Positions 9,289-18,637 of a stretch of 64,000 nt of DNA are shown here, in pieces. Positions within the stretch are counted from its first letter, which is position 1, and every line of letters begins with the position of its first letter. Origin of the DNA: Tepidiforma sp. (GTDB taxonomy: Bacteria; Chloroflexota; Dehalococcoidia; Tepidiformales; Tepidiformaceae); NCBI RefSeq assembly GCF_034432735.1, contig NZ_DAOUBJ010000071.1, positions 1,259 through 65,258 on the forward strand, in the 5' to 3' direction. Position numbers and translations under genes: made by a program. The notes under the pieces are model-generated. The model was not told the DNA's origin. It ran no database searches and worked only from the letters and a program-made list of their open reading frames with translations.

Positions 9289-9377
9289 GCCGCGTGATCG
9301 GCCTCCGGGCGAGGGCGCGGCAGCTCGGGTATGATCCGGGGCTGCCGGGAGACAGCACCGGCAGGAGGTTCGAGACG

Positions 9378-10331
9378 ATGGTCACCATCATCGGGAATGT
9401 GCGCCCCGAGGACGATTTCACCCATCCGTTGGGGCCGGAGGAGAACTTCAACGAATCGGTCTACTTCAACTTTTTCGACCGGGAGCGGCAGATGGGCGGC
9501 TTTCTGCGCATTGGCAACCGGGCGAACGAGGGGTATGCGGAGGTCACGGTCATCGTCTATCAGCCGGACGGATCGGCGCTCTTCAATTACAAGCGGCCGC
9601 AAATTTCGAGCAACGATGGCTGGAATGCTGGCGGGCTCCAGGTCGAAGTGCTAGAACCCGGGCAGCGGTTGCGGACGACCTACGAGGGCTCGGTGGTCTA
9701 CCTGAAGGATCCTCGGGAGATGCGCGAGCCGAGCGTGGCGTTCAAGGAGAATCCACATCAGCGCATTCGGCTGGATCTGGTGCACGAGGGAGTCGGGCCG
9801 ATTTACGGACACGTGGCGGATGCGAATTCGCAAAACGAGTTCGCGCGTGCGCATTACGAACAGCACATGCGGGTGACGGGGACGCTGCAACTGGGCGATG
9901 GGCCGGAGCTCCCGATCACGGGCTACGGATTGCGGGACCACTCCTGGGGCCCTCGCTACTGGCAATCGACTCCTTCCTATCGATGGATCACTGGTAACTT
10001 CGGCGACGATCTGGGGATGGTGCTTTCGATCGTTGGCGAACGGATCGGTGGGGTGTTCCACAAGGGGCCCGATACGATCATCAATGTCAAGGACATTGCG
10101 CTCGAGACGGAGTACGAGGAGGGGACGAATTACCACCGAGCGCTGAAAGCGACGGTGACGCTGGCGAACGGCGAGGTCCACGAGATCGAGGGCACGGTGC
10201 GCGGATTCATCCCGTTGCGGAATCGTCGTGCGGGCAAATTCACGCACATCGGCGAGGGGATGACCGAGTACGTGTTGGACGGTGAGCGGAGAGGGTACGG
10301 CCTCAGCGAGTACCTCGACCAGGTCGAGTAG
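9378..10331 (+). CDS. uncharacterised conserved protein (possibly AttH/CrtC-like beta-rich hydratase fold)
   Basis: Trimmed from ORF 8778..10331 to the ATG at 9378, preceded by AGGAGG at 9364-9369. High GC3 coding pattern. The LRDHSWGPRYW motif recalls the DHxWG motifs of AttH/CrtC-type proteins. No confident family assignment. Confidence 0.65.
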   Translation: MVTIIGNVRPEDDFTHPLGPEENFNESVYFNFFDRERQMGGFLRIGNRANEGYAEVTVIVYQPDGSALFNYKRPQISSNDGWNAGGLQVEVLEPGQRLRTTYEGSVVYLKDPREMREPSVAFKENPHQRIRLDLVHEGVGPIYGHVADANSQNEFARAHYEQHMRVTGTLQLGDGPELPITGYGLRDHSWGPRYWQSTPSYRWITGNFGDDLGMVLSIVGERIGGVFHKGPDTIINVKDIALETEYEEGTNYHRALKATVTLANGEVHEIEGTVRGFIPLRNRRAGKFTHIGEGMTEYVLDGERRGYGLSEYLDQVE

Positions 10332-10334
10332 GCC

Positions 10335-11345
10335 GTGCAACGGGAGGAAGTCCAGCTCGGGTTGGAGCGGTTCCTGGCGGCGCGGACCGGCGGTGGAGTT
10401 ACGGTTTCGAATCTCGTCCGCCTTTCCGGGGGCGCATCGCGGGAGACGTGGGCGTTCGACGCGGAAACACCGGCGGGGAGGATCGAGGGTATCCTGAGGG
10501 CCGATCCGGTGCCCGGGGCGCCGACCATTCCTGGGCGGGAGTTGGAGTTTCACCTCATCAAGGCTGCCTGGGATGCGGGGGTCACCGTGCCCGAGCCGCT
10601 CTGGGACGGTGACGAGACGTTTCCGGTGAAGTTCTTCGTGATGCGGCGGGTGCCAGGAGAGACGCTGGGCGCTCGGTTGATTCGCGGCCCGCAATACGCG
10701 AAGGCGCGCGAGGTTATCCCCATGCAGCTGGCACGGGACCTGGCTCGGATTCACAGCATTCGGGAAGGCGACCACCCCGAGCTGAGCGCCCTGGAACGGC
10801 CGCCGGCGGGCAAGAGCGCAGCGGAGGCGCAGCTCGATTATTACGAGAACAGCTACCGAACGGCGGAACTGGACCCGCATCCGGTGTTCGAGCTTGCGAT
10901 TCGCTGGCTCAGGCAGCACCTCCCGCCGCTGGGCGAGGAGGTGCTGGTCCACGGTGACTTCCGGTTAGGGAATTTCATCTTCGACGAGACGGGGGTTCGC
11001 GGCATTCTCGATTGGGAGCTCGCGCACTGGGGCGACCCGATGGAGGACCTCGGCTGGCTGGCGGTGAAGTCGTGGCGCTTCGGGGGGAAGCTGCCTATCG
11101 CCGGGGTCGGGACACGAGAGGCGTTCATCGAAGCGTACGAGGCTGCGGGCGGGCGGACGGTGAACCGCCAACACTTCCTGTGGTTCGAGATGTTCGGCAA
11201 TTTGAAGTGGGGCGTGATCACGATGACGCAAGCAGCGACCTACCTGACCGGGCGAAATCGAAGCGTCGAACTGGCAGCGATCGGCCGGCGGACGGCGGAG
11301 ACGGAGATCGTGCTACTCGAGCTCCTCGAGGGGAGGTGGGATTGA
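10335..11345 (+). CDS. phosphotransferase family protein (APH/choline-kinase-like kinase)
   Basis: Brenner motif HGDFRLGNFIF and the ILDWELAHWGDP motif. 3-nt gap from the upstream gene. The stop overlaps the next start (TGATG). Confidence 0.85.
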   Translation: MQREEVQLGLERFLAARTGGGVTVSNLVRLSGGASRETWAFDAETPAGRIEGILRADPVPGAPTIPGRELEFHLIKAAWDAGVTVPEPLWDGDETFPVKFFVMRRVPGETLGARLIRGPQYAKAREVIPMQLARDLARIHSIREGDHPELSALERPPAGKSAAEAQLDYYENSYRTAELDPHPVFELAIRWLRQHLPPLGEEVLVHGDFRLGNFIFDETGVRGILDWELAHWGDPMEDLGWLAVKSWRFGGKLPIAGVGTREAFIEAYEAAGGRTVNRQHFLWFEMFGNLKWGVITMTQAATYLTGRNRSVELAAIGRRTAETEIVLLELLEGRWD

Positions 11346-11749
11346 TGCAGGACCGGCCGACGTACGACGAACTGCTCGAGGCGGTGGCGGGCTACCTCCG
11401 CGACGATGTGATGCCGAACACACAGGGGCGGCTGAGCTTTCATGCGCGGGTGGCGATGAACGTTGTGGAAATGCTCCGGCGAGAGCTGGCGACGATGGAG
11501 GAGCACCTCGCGCGGGAGTGGGATGGCCTCGACCATCTCCTGGGCGTGGAGCCGATGCCGCCACGCCTGTCGAACGTGCGCGAGGCACTCGAGCGCCGAA
11601 ACGAAGCGCTCTGCGACCGGATCCGGAAAGGGGAAGCGGACGAGGGGCCGTGGCGGCTGGCCGTGCTCGGCCATTTGCGGACCGTCACGCTGGACAAGCT
11701 GGCAGTCTCGAATCCGGCGCTGGCTGAGGAGTACCGCGACCGCGCCTGA
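11345..11749 (+). CDS. small helical protein partnered with the APH-type kinase (DUF6285-like from memory)
   Basis: 134 aa, translationally coupled to the kinase gene. The sequence is predicted helical (PTYDELLEAVAGYLRDDVMP...). The ATG at 11345 lies inside listed ORF 11012..11749. Confidence 0.6.
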   Translation: MQDRPTYDELLEAVAGYLRDDVMPNTQGRLSFHARVAMNVVEMLRRELATMEEHLAREWDGLDHLLGVEPMPPRLSNVREALERRNEALCDRIRKGEADEGPWRLAVLGHLRTVTLDKLAVSNPALAEEYRDRA

Positions 11750-11765
11750 TCCTGATCGAGGTGGG

Positions 11766-12923
11766 TCAGGTAGGCATCGGGATGTTGGCGGCTTGGCGAA
11801 GGGCGGCTTCGCGTGCCGCGGCCTCGGCGAGCCTTTTCGCCTCGGCTCGTTCCTTCCGGGTGAACTCTGGCATGACTTCTTGGGCGAAGAGTCGGAGGCT
11901 GGCGAGCACTTGCTCCTGCGGGATGGTTTCGCCGGTATCGATGAGGAAGACCATGCGGTCGACGCCGACTTCTTCCCACCACTTGAGGGCTTGGATACAC
12001 GCTTGCGGGTCGCCGATCGGGGTGCCCTCGCGGACGGGCCCGACGACGTCGCCGGGGCGGTTGCGGAGCGGGGCAGCGCTGGCGTGGGCGTGGTAAGCGG
12101 GCGAGGGGTAGATGCTGCCGACCCCTACGAGGTGGGCCGCGCGGAGTCCGAACTGGAACGCCGCCATTCCGCCGATGGCCTTTGCGCGCGCGTCATCCTC
12201 GTCGCAGTACATGAAGGCGACGCCGTTGACTTGCTCGTTGACGGTCTCGCCGATCGGCTCGCAAGTGCGGATGGCACGGCGGTAATCCTTGACCATCTGT
12301 TGGTAATCGAGGGGGGCGCCGAGCGTGACGCCGAGCATGCCCATGCCGCGCTCGCCGGCTTGGACGGCGGTCTCGGGCGACTGGACGGCGACCCAGAGCG
12401 GCGGGTGGGGCTTCTGGAGGGGTTTCGGGATGACGTTCCGCTGGGGCATCGAGAAGTGGCGGCCACTCCAGGAGAAGTTGTCGGCCGTCCACATTTTGAC
12501 GACGGCGCGGGTGCACTCGTCCCACATTTCTTTCGTGAGGTCGGGCTCGCAGCCGAATCCGGCGAGTTCGGTCCAGGTGGCGGCGCGGCCTGTTCCGAAC
12601 TCGAGGCGACCGTTGCTGAGGATGTCGAGGGTGGCGGCACGCTCGGCGACGCGCGCCGGGTGGTTGACGGGCGGGAGCATGAGGGCGATGCCGTGCCCGA
12701 GGCGGATGTTCTTGGTCTTGGCTGCGCAGTAGGAGAGGAAAACTTCTGGCGCGGAGGAGTGGGAATACTCTTCGAGGAAGTGATGCTCGACCTCCCACAC
12801 CTGATCGAACCCGAGCTCGTCGGCAAGGACGACCTGTTCGACGGCCTGGTGGAGCACGCGGTGCTCGGAGTGGTCATCCCATGGCTTGAGGACGGAGTGC
12901 TCATAGAAGATGCCGAATTTCAT
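11766..12923 (-). CDS. LLM-class flavin-dependent oxidoreductase (LuxA-like)
   Basis: Trimmed from ORF 11766..13193 to the ATG at 12923 (MKFGIFYEHS...). Motifs LGFDQVWEVEHHFLEEYSHSSAPEVFL. Paralog of 14649..15758. Confidence 0.85.
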   Translation of the reverse strand: MKFGIFYEHSVLKPWDDHSEHRVLHQAVEQVVLADELGFDQVWEVEHHFLEEYSHSSAPEVFLSYCAAKTKNIRLGHGIALMLPPVNHPARVAERAATLDILSNGRLEFGTGRAATWTELAGFGCEPDLTKEMWDECTRAVVKMWTADNFSWSGRHFSMPQRNVIPKPLQKPHPPLWVAVQSPETAVQAGERGMGMLGVTLGAPLDYQQMVKDYRRAIRTCEPIGETVNEQVNGVAFMYCDEDDARAKAIGGMAAFQFGLRAAHLVGVGSIYPSPAYHAHASAAPLRNRPGDVVGPVREGTPIGDPQACIQALKWWEEVGVDRMVFLIDTGETIPQEQVLASLRLFAQEVMPEFTRKERAEAKRLAEAAAREAALRQAANIPMPT

Positions 12924-12997
12924 TGGCGCATCACCCCGGGAGGTCGTAAGCCGAAGGCTAACGATTATGCTAGCATCCTGCCACCGGGCTCCGGAGG

Positions 12998-13864
12998 GTG
13001 CCTTTGGCGAAGGTGCGACTGGTGACGGACACGACGACGTGTCTGGGTGGCACGGCGGCTGCGGAGCTTGGGATCGCGGTCGCGCGGGGGAGTTTCGCCT
13101 TCGCCGACGAACGGGTCGTGGACGATGAGCTGGCCTGGCGGGCGGCGTACGACCGCATGCGGGCCGGGGCGGGAGTGCCCCGTACCTTCGCACCGGCCGA
13201 GGCGGCGTTTTTGGAGCATTTCCGGCCGGCGGCCGAGCGTGGGCAAGCGGTGCTTTGTCTGGTGACGCCGTTCGATGTGAGCCCGAGCTTCACGACGGCT
13301 TCGGCGGCGATGTTGACGGTGCAGGACGAGGTCCCGACGGCCCGGATCAAGATTTCGAACCCGGGTGTCGGGCACGCGGGGCTCGGCGCGCTGTTGGCGA
13401 CGGCGGCCGAGCTAGCGCTTGCCGGCACCGACCTGGACGCCCTCCTGGCGCAACTGGAGGAACTCGCGCCCCGTGCCGATGCGCTCGTGGTGCCCGAGAC
13501 GACCAGCTGGCTGGGGGCGGCGGGTCGGCTGGCCATGGTAGAGGAGCGGCTGGGCGACTTGGATGGCGATTGGCCGGTTGTGCGCATCGGGACGCGGGTG
13601 ACGGGGGTGGCCCGCGCATCGACGCACGAGGAGGCGCTGGAGGTTGCGATCCGAAAGGTTGGCGAGCGGGCCGGAGATTCGGTGCTGAACGGCGTCGTTG
13701 CGCACGCCGGGGCCCCGGGCCTCGCTGAGGAAGCGGCCGACCGGCTGCGGGCGCGTTACTCGGTGGAGCGGCTCTTTGTGACGGAGCTCTCGATGGCGAT
13801 CGGCGCGGTGGTTGGACCAGGCGCGGTCGCGATTGGCATTGCGCCGGTTGGCGCAGGAGGGTAG
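12998..13864 (+). CDS. DegV family (fatty-acid-binding) protein
   Basis: 288 aa. N-terminal VRLVTDTTTCL resembles the DegV IxTDSxxDL start. Size and layout fit. The start codon (GTG at 12998) is uncertain. Confidence 0.55.
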   Translation: MPLAKVRLVTDTTTCLGGTAAAELGIAVARGSFAFADERVVDDELAWRAAYDRMRAGAGVPRTFAPAEAAFLEHFRPAAERGQAVLCLVTPFDVSPSFTTASAAMLTVQDEVPTARIKISNPGVGHAGLGALLATAAELALAGTDLDALLAQLEELAPRADALVVPETTSWLGAAGRLAMVEERLGDLDGDWPVVRIGTRVTGVARASTHEEALEVAIRKVGERAGDSVLNGVVAHAGAPGLAEEAADRLRARYSVERLFVTELSMAIGAVVGPGAVAIGIAPVGAGG

Positions 13865-13868
13865 GAAG

Positions 13869-14558
13869 GTGCCAGACCGTGGTTTGCGTACGATCGAGGG
13901 GCTCGCGCCGGAAGGGTTCGACGCTGGGCCCCTCGTTATCGAGGGGCGATGGTTGCAGCTCACGTTCGAGGTGGACCGGGACGCGGCGCTGCGCTGGATG
14001 CCTGTGGACGTGACGCGGCCGATTCCGTGTTACGGGCGGTTGTTGGTCGTACTTGGGGAGGGTGAGCGCGGGCGGCTGGAGTTCGCTGTGCTTTCGGTCG
14101 GCGGTCGGTTTCGCATGATCCCGCGGAACGTGCTGGTCGAGGCGGTGAGCGTTGGGAGCGCCCGCCTGCCGGCGCTTTGGGGGCCGCTCCGATCGGGCGA
14201 GGTGGACGTCGGGCGAGTCGGCGAGGATTTCGCGGTCCAGATCAGCCGGGAGGGGAAGCTGTTGGTGGAGGCGAGCTTCCCGAGGCCGTATGCGATCGAC
14301 CCGGCGATGCTGCGGTGGGATGGATGGGTGGTCTATGCGTCGGAAGGAGGGAGGGATGTGCTGGCGGAGGCGCCGGTCGAAGTCGGTGCGACGGCTGCGT
14401 GGCTTTCGAAGGGGGCCGCGATGACGCCAGCAAGGGGGCTCGATCGCGCCGACCCGTGGTACCAGCTGCGAACGCTGTTGCCGATTTCGGCGTGTATGGC
14501 GGAGGGTCGGCTTGCGATAGGGCCGGCGAAGGTGCCGGCGCCGATGGTGCTGTCCTAG
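13869..14558 (+). CDS. acetoacetate decarboxylase (ADC)-like family protein, paralog 1
   Basis: Trimmed to the GTG at 13869, preceded by AGGAGG. Alignable by eye with 15760..16506 (LWGPLRSGEVDVGRVGEDFAVQISREGKLLVEASFPRPYAI vs [42 protein letters not shown]). Confidence 0.5.
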   Translation: MPDRGLRTIEGLAPEGFDAGPLVIEGRWLQLTFEVDRDAALRWMPVDVTRPIPCYGRLLVVLGEGERGRLEFAVLSVGGRFRMIPRNVLVEAVSVGSARLPALWGPLRSGEVDVGRVGEDFAVQISREGKLLVEASFPRPYAIDPAMLRWDGWVVYASEGGRDVLAEAPVEVGATAAWLSKGAAMTPARGLDRADPWYQLRTLLPISACMAEGRLAIGPAKVPAPMVLS

Positions 14559-14648
14559 ATAGCCGCCTGTGCAACGGGCAGGACGCCGGCGGCTGTGTTA
14601 GATTCGGCCCCACGGGCAGGCAGACCGAAGGAGGAGGGTTCCGAGAAC

Positions 14649-15758
14649 ATGAAATTCGGCATCTTTTACGAAATTTCAGTCCCGCGGCCATGGGGGCCCA
14701 CGACGGAGTACGAGGTTTACCAGAACTGTCTGGAGCAGGTGAAGCTGGCGGACGAGCTAGGCTTCGATCAGGTGTGGGCTGTCGAACATCACTTCCTCGA
14801 GGAGTATTCGCACTGTTCCGCCCCCGAGGTGTTCCTGACGGCGTGCGCGATGGTGACGAAGAACATCCGTATCGGTCGGGGAATCGTGGTCTGTGTGCCC
14901 GAGTTCAATAGCCCGATCAAGGCCGCGGAGGTCGCGGCGACGATGGATATCGTGTCGGGAGGGCGGCTAGAGTTCGGGACTGGTCGGTCGGCGACCTGGA
15001 CGGAGCTCGGTGGGATGGGGGCGGACCCGGACGAAACGAAGAAGACTTGGGACGAGTGGGTTCGCGTCATCCCGAAGATGTGGACGGAGGAGCGGTTTGG
15101 CTACCAGGGGCGAGCGTTCAGCATGCCGCAGCGCGCGGTGCTGCCGAAGCCGCTGCAGAAGCCACACCCGCCGATGTGGGTGGCGGTGACGAGCCCGGGA
15201 ACGGAGCTGGATGCGGCCGACCGTGGGATGGGGAGCCTCGGGCTGACGTTCGGTGGGTTCGCGGAGCAGGAGAAGAAGATCGCGGAATACCGGCGGCGCA
15301 TCCGGTATTGCGATCCGGTGGGTTCGTTCGTGAACGAGCAGGTGAATACGGTGAATTTCCTGTTCTGCCATGAAGACAACGAGTACGGGGCGAAGACGGG
15401 GCAGCGGCTCGCGGGGACGTTCAACTATCTCGCGGAGCAGCTGCTGGCCGCGCGGCAGGCGTATCCGACGCGTTCGTACCCGAACCTTGGGTTGCTGCCG
15501 GCGCTCCGCCGGGAGGCGACGAGCGCACCGGAGGGGCAGATCCCGGAGGGGCTCTGCATCGGCAACCCGGACCGGATCGTGGAGGTCGTGAGGAAGTGGG
15601 AATCGGTCGGGGTCGACCGGATCAACTTCCTGTTGAACGCGATCGAGACGGTGCCGCAGGAAGAGGTGCTGGCAAGCTTGCGCCTGTTCGCCAAGGAGGT
15701 GATGCCCAAGTTCGCGGAGAAGCCGACGAAGGCGACGGTCGCGGTGGGAGGGGATTGA
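14649..15758 (+). CDS. LLM-class flavin-dependent oxidoreductase (LuxA-like)
   Basis: Trimmed to the ATG at 14649 (MKFGIFYEISVPRPWG...). Motifs LGFDQVWAVEHHFLEEYSHCSAPEVFL. Close paralog of 11766..12923. Confidence 0.85.
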   Translation: MKFGIFYEISVPRPWGPTTEYEVYQNCLEQVKLADELGFDQVWAVEHHFLEEYSHCSAPEVFLTACAMVTKNIRIGRGIVVCVPEFNSPIKAAEVAATMDIVSGGRLEFGTGRSATWTELGGMGADPDETKKTWDEWVRVIPKMWTEERFGYQGRAFSMPQRAVLPKPLQKPHPPMWVAVTSPGTELDAADRGMGSLGLTFGGFAEQEKKIAEYRRRIRYCDPVGSFVNEQVNTVNFLFCHEDNEYGAKTGQRLAGTFNYLAEQLLAARQAYPTRSYPNLGLLPALRREATSAPEGQIPEGLCIGNPDRIVEVVRKWESVGVDRINFLLNAIETVPQEEVLASLRLFAKEVMPKFAEKPTKATVAVGGD

Positions 15759-15759
15759 G

Positions 15760-16506
15760 ATGCCGCTCGTAGGAACGCGTCCATCGAGCGATTTTGCGAG
15801 CGGCCCGCTGCTCGACCCGCCAGCCGAGGAGCCATGGCGGCTGTCGGGTGTCCAAATTCTGCAGCTGATGTACGAGATCGACCAATCTGGCATGACGAGC
15901 CTGTTGCCACCTGCGCTTCACCCGACGATTCCGCCGACGCTGGTGGTCACCGCGTGGCGAGTGCCGGAGAGCCCAGCCGGGCCGTTCACGCTCGTCGAAG
16001 CGAAGGTCGGCTGCCGTTCGGGGGCCCGCCCACGCGCGCTGAGCGTACGTGCGTTCTGCGATTCGCCGGAGGCGCGCGAGGCGCTAGCTGCACGATGGGG
16101 CTATCCGCTGGCGCCAGCGGATATCGGGTTCGCTCGGCGCTACGACCGGTGTTGGGTGAGGGTGGCCGAGGCGGGCGCGTTGGTTTTGGAGGCCCACCTC
16201 GTCGACCCGTTGGCGATCAGTGGAGGGGACATCCAGTATCTGGCGACGCTGAACGCGGCGCGGGTGGAACGTGAGGGGCGGGTGGTTCCGCGACTCATCC
16301 AGGTTGACCCTGAATATCAGTTTCATGGCGCCGAGCGGGGGGTGCCGGAGCTGCTGGTATTCGACGGTGATGCTTTCGGGCTCCCCGGAGCGGACCCGTA
16401 CTGGCCAGTCAGCGCGTCGTACGCAGTGGCTGATGTTGCGATGCCGGAGCTGCGTTATTTGGTCGACCCGGCCAAGCCGCCGCTGGCCGCGGTGGAGCGA
16501 ATCTAG
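15760..16506 (+). CDS. acetoacetate decarboxylase (ADC)-like family protein, paralog 2
   Basis: 248 aa, starting 2 nt after the LLM stop. The N-terminal pattern [30 protein letters not shown] is typical of ADC-family proteins. Confidence 0.55.
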   Translation: MPLVGTRPSSDFASGPLLDPPAEEPWRLSGVQILQLMYEIDQSGMTSLLPPALHPTIPPTLVVTAWRVPESPAGPFTLVEAKVGCRSGARPRALSVRAFCDSPEAREALAARWGYPLAPADIGFARRYDRCWVRVAEAGALVLEAHLVDPLAISGGDIQYLATLNAARVEREGRVVPRLIQVDPEYQFHGAERGVPELLVFDGDAFGLPGADPYWPVSASYAVADVAMPELRYLVDPAKPPLAAVERI

Positions 16507-18575
16507 GGGACGGTCGCTGGCCCGAGTTGGGCCGCGAGTTCGGAGGGCGTCGTGGCGGGCGTTCGGCACGCCATGTTCTCGCAGACGTACGCAAGCGCGC
16601 GGTCGTCGTCCGGTTCGCGGCCTTCGAAGAGGGCGAGCCCTTGGGCGTCGGAGCTTGGTGCGATGACGGTAAAGGGCAGGTAGCGGTCGGCGAGAATGGA
16701 TTCGAAGGGCCCGCGTGCTTCTGGCTGGCCGACGATGACGATTTCGCGATGCGGCGCGAGCGTGAACTCGATGGTCTGGAGAATCGTGCCGAACCCAGTG
16801 ACGGCGCGAAGGAGATGGTCGGCGACGGCTGCGACAACGGAATCCACGGTGCGCTCCCAAGCTGCAACGCCGAAGTAACGGCCGAGCCAAAGGCCGAGGA
16901 GTGCGGCGGAGCCGTTGCCGGAAGGTGTGGCGGCGTCGAAGAAACTGCGTTGCCGGACGATGAGCGGTTCGGCATCGCTCGCGGTGTCGAAGAAGGTGCC
17001 GCTCTGGGGGTCGTGGAAACGGGCGAGGGTCGTTTCCCATAGTTCGCGCGCCCACTGGAGCCACTGGAGGTCGCCGGTGGTTTTGTAGAGCTCGACGAGG
17101 CCGAGTCCGAGGTAGGTGTAGTCGTCGAGCATGCCGGGGATGCGGGCCTGACCTGCCTTCCAGGTGTGGTAGAGCAGGCCGTCGCGCCAGAGGCTCTCGC
17201 GAAGGAATTCGGCGAGGCGCTTGGCGGCGATGCCGTAGGCTGGTTCGCCGAGCACGCGCGCGGCCTCGGCGAGGGCGGCGAGGGCGAGGCCGTTCCAGTC
17301 GGTGAGGATTTTGTCATCGAGTCCTGGGGGCACGCGCTCTTGGCGGGCGTAGAAGAGGCGCTCCTGGATGGTTTCCATGCGGTCGAGGATGTGGTCGAGG
17401 GGGCCGAAGCGTCGCTCGAGGTCCTCGACGTCGGGACGGGCGGTGAGGACGTTGCGGCCGGTGATTTCGGGATGGTGGGGGTCGTGAAAGTTCCCTTCGG
17501 GGGTGACGCCGTACCAGGCGATGGCGAGTTCAGCATCCTCGCCGAGGACGTGCTCGAGCTCGGTGGTGGTCCAGAGGTAGTACTTGCCTTCGATGCCTTC
17601 GCTGTCGGCATCGAGTGCGGCGTAGAAGCCGCCGGCGGGATCTTGCATCTCGCGGAGGAGGAACTCGAGGGTTTCGTGGACGACTCGGGCGAAGCCTCCG
17701 TCGCCGGTGAGTTGGTAGCCGTGGAGGTAGAGCCGGGCGAGCTGGGCGTTGTCGTAGAGCATCTTTTCGAAGTGGGGGACTATCCAGGCTTCGTCGACGC
17801 TGTAGCGTGAGAATCCGCCGCCGATTTGGTCGTAGATTCCGCCGGTGGCCATGGCCCGGAGGGTGTGGAGGGCCATGGCGCGAGCTCCCTGCCCGGCTTG
17901 GGTGTCGGGGTGTAGAGCGGAATAGGCGAGGAGAAATTCGAGGTTGGACGGCGAGGGGAACTTCGGAGCCATCCCGAATCCGCCCCATTTGGTGTCGAAG
18001 GACTCGGCGAAGGCCTCGACGGCGCGGGCGGTAGTGGCCGCGTCGATGCCGTCGCCGGGGCCGGCGGGGCGAGAGGCGGCGGTGCGCAGGTGCTCGGTGA
18101 GGCCGCGGGCAGATTCGAGGATGCGTTGACGGTCGGACCGCCATTTTTCGGCGAGGAACTCGAGGACGCGGGGAAAACCGGGACGGCCGTGGCTATCTTC
18201 GGGCGGGAAGTAGGTACCTGCGTAGAACGGCTCGCCTTCGGGGGTGAGGAAGACGGTCATGGGCCAGCCGCCCTGGCCGGAGATGGCCTGGACGGCGGCC
18301 ATGTAGACAGCGTCGACGTCGGGGCGTTCTTCGCGGTCGACCTTGATGTTGATGAAGTGGCGGTTCATCAGCTCGGCGACCGCGGGGTTCTCGAAGGATT
18401 CGTGCGCCATGACGTGGCACCAGTGGCAGGAGCTGTAGCCGACCGAAAGGAGGATCGGCTTGTCTTCGGCACGGGCCCGTTCGAACGCCTCGCTGCCCCA
18501 TGGGTACCAATCGACGGGGTTGTCGGCGTGCTGGAGGAGGTAGGGGCTGGTTTCGTTGGCGAGGCGATTCGGCAT
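16503..18575 (-). CDS. thioredoxin domain-containing protein (YyaL/DUF255, N-terminal thioredoxin fold plus alpha/alpha-toroid)
   Basis: [19 protein letters not shown] and SCHWCHVM motifs. The start was placed at the ATG at 18575; an alternative ATG is at 18617. Confidence 0.85.
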   Translation of the reverse strand: MPNRLANETSPYLLQHADNPVDWYPWGSEAFERARAEDKPILLSVGYSSCHWCHVMAHESFENPAVAELMNRHFINIKVDREERPDVDAVYMAAVQAISGQGGWPMTVFLTPEGEPFYAGTYFPPEDSHGRPGFPRVLEFLAEKWRSDRQRILESARGLTEHLRTAASRPAGPGDGIDAATTARAVEAFAESFDTKWGGFGMAPKFPSPSNLEFLLAYSALHPDTQAGQGARAMALHTLRAMATGGIYDQIGGGFSRYSVDEAWIVPHFEKMLYDNAQLARLYLHGYQLTGDGGFARVVHETLEFLLREMQDPAGGFYAALDADSEGIEGKYYLWTTTELEHVLGEDAELAIAWYGVTPEGNFHDPHHPEITGRNVLTARPDVEDLERRFGPLDHILDRMETIQERLFYARQERVPPGLDDKILTDWNGLALAALAEAARVLGEPAYGIAAKRLAEFLRESLWRDGLLYHTWKAGQARIPGMLDDYTYLGLGLVELYKTTGDLQWLQWARELWETTLARFHDPQSGTFFDTASDAEPLIVRQRSFFDAATPSGNGSAALLGLWLGRYFGVAAWERTVDSVVAAVADHLLRAVTGFGTILQTIEFTLAPHREIVIVGQPEARGPFESILADRYLPFTVIAPSSDAQGLALFEGREPDDDRALAYVCENMACRTPATTPSELAAQLGPATVP

Positions 18576-18637
18576 GCTTCCACGGTACAGGATTCGCGCT
18601 GGCGTTGCTGTCGACATGGCTGGGCGGGCAGGGCAGA

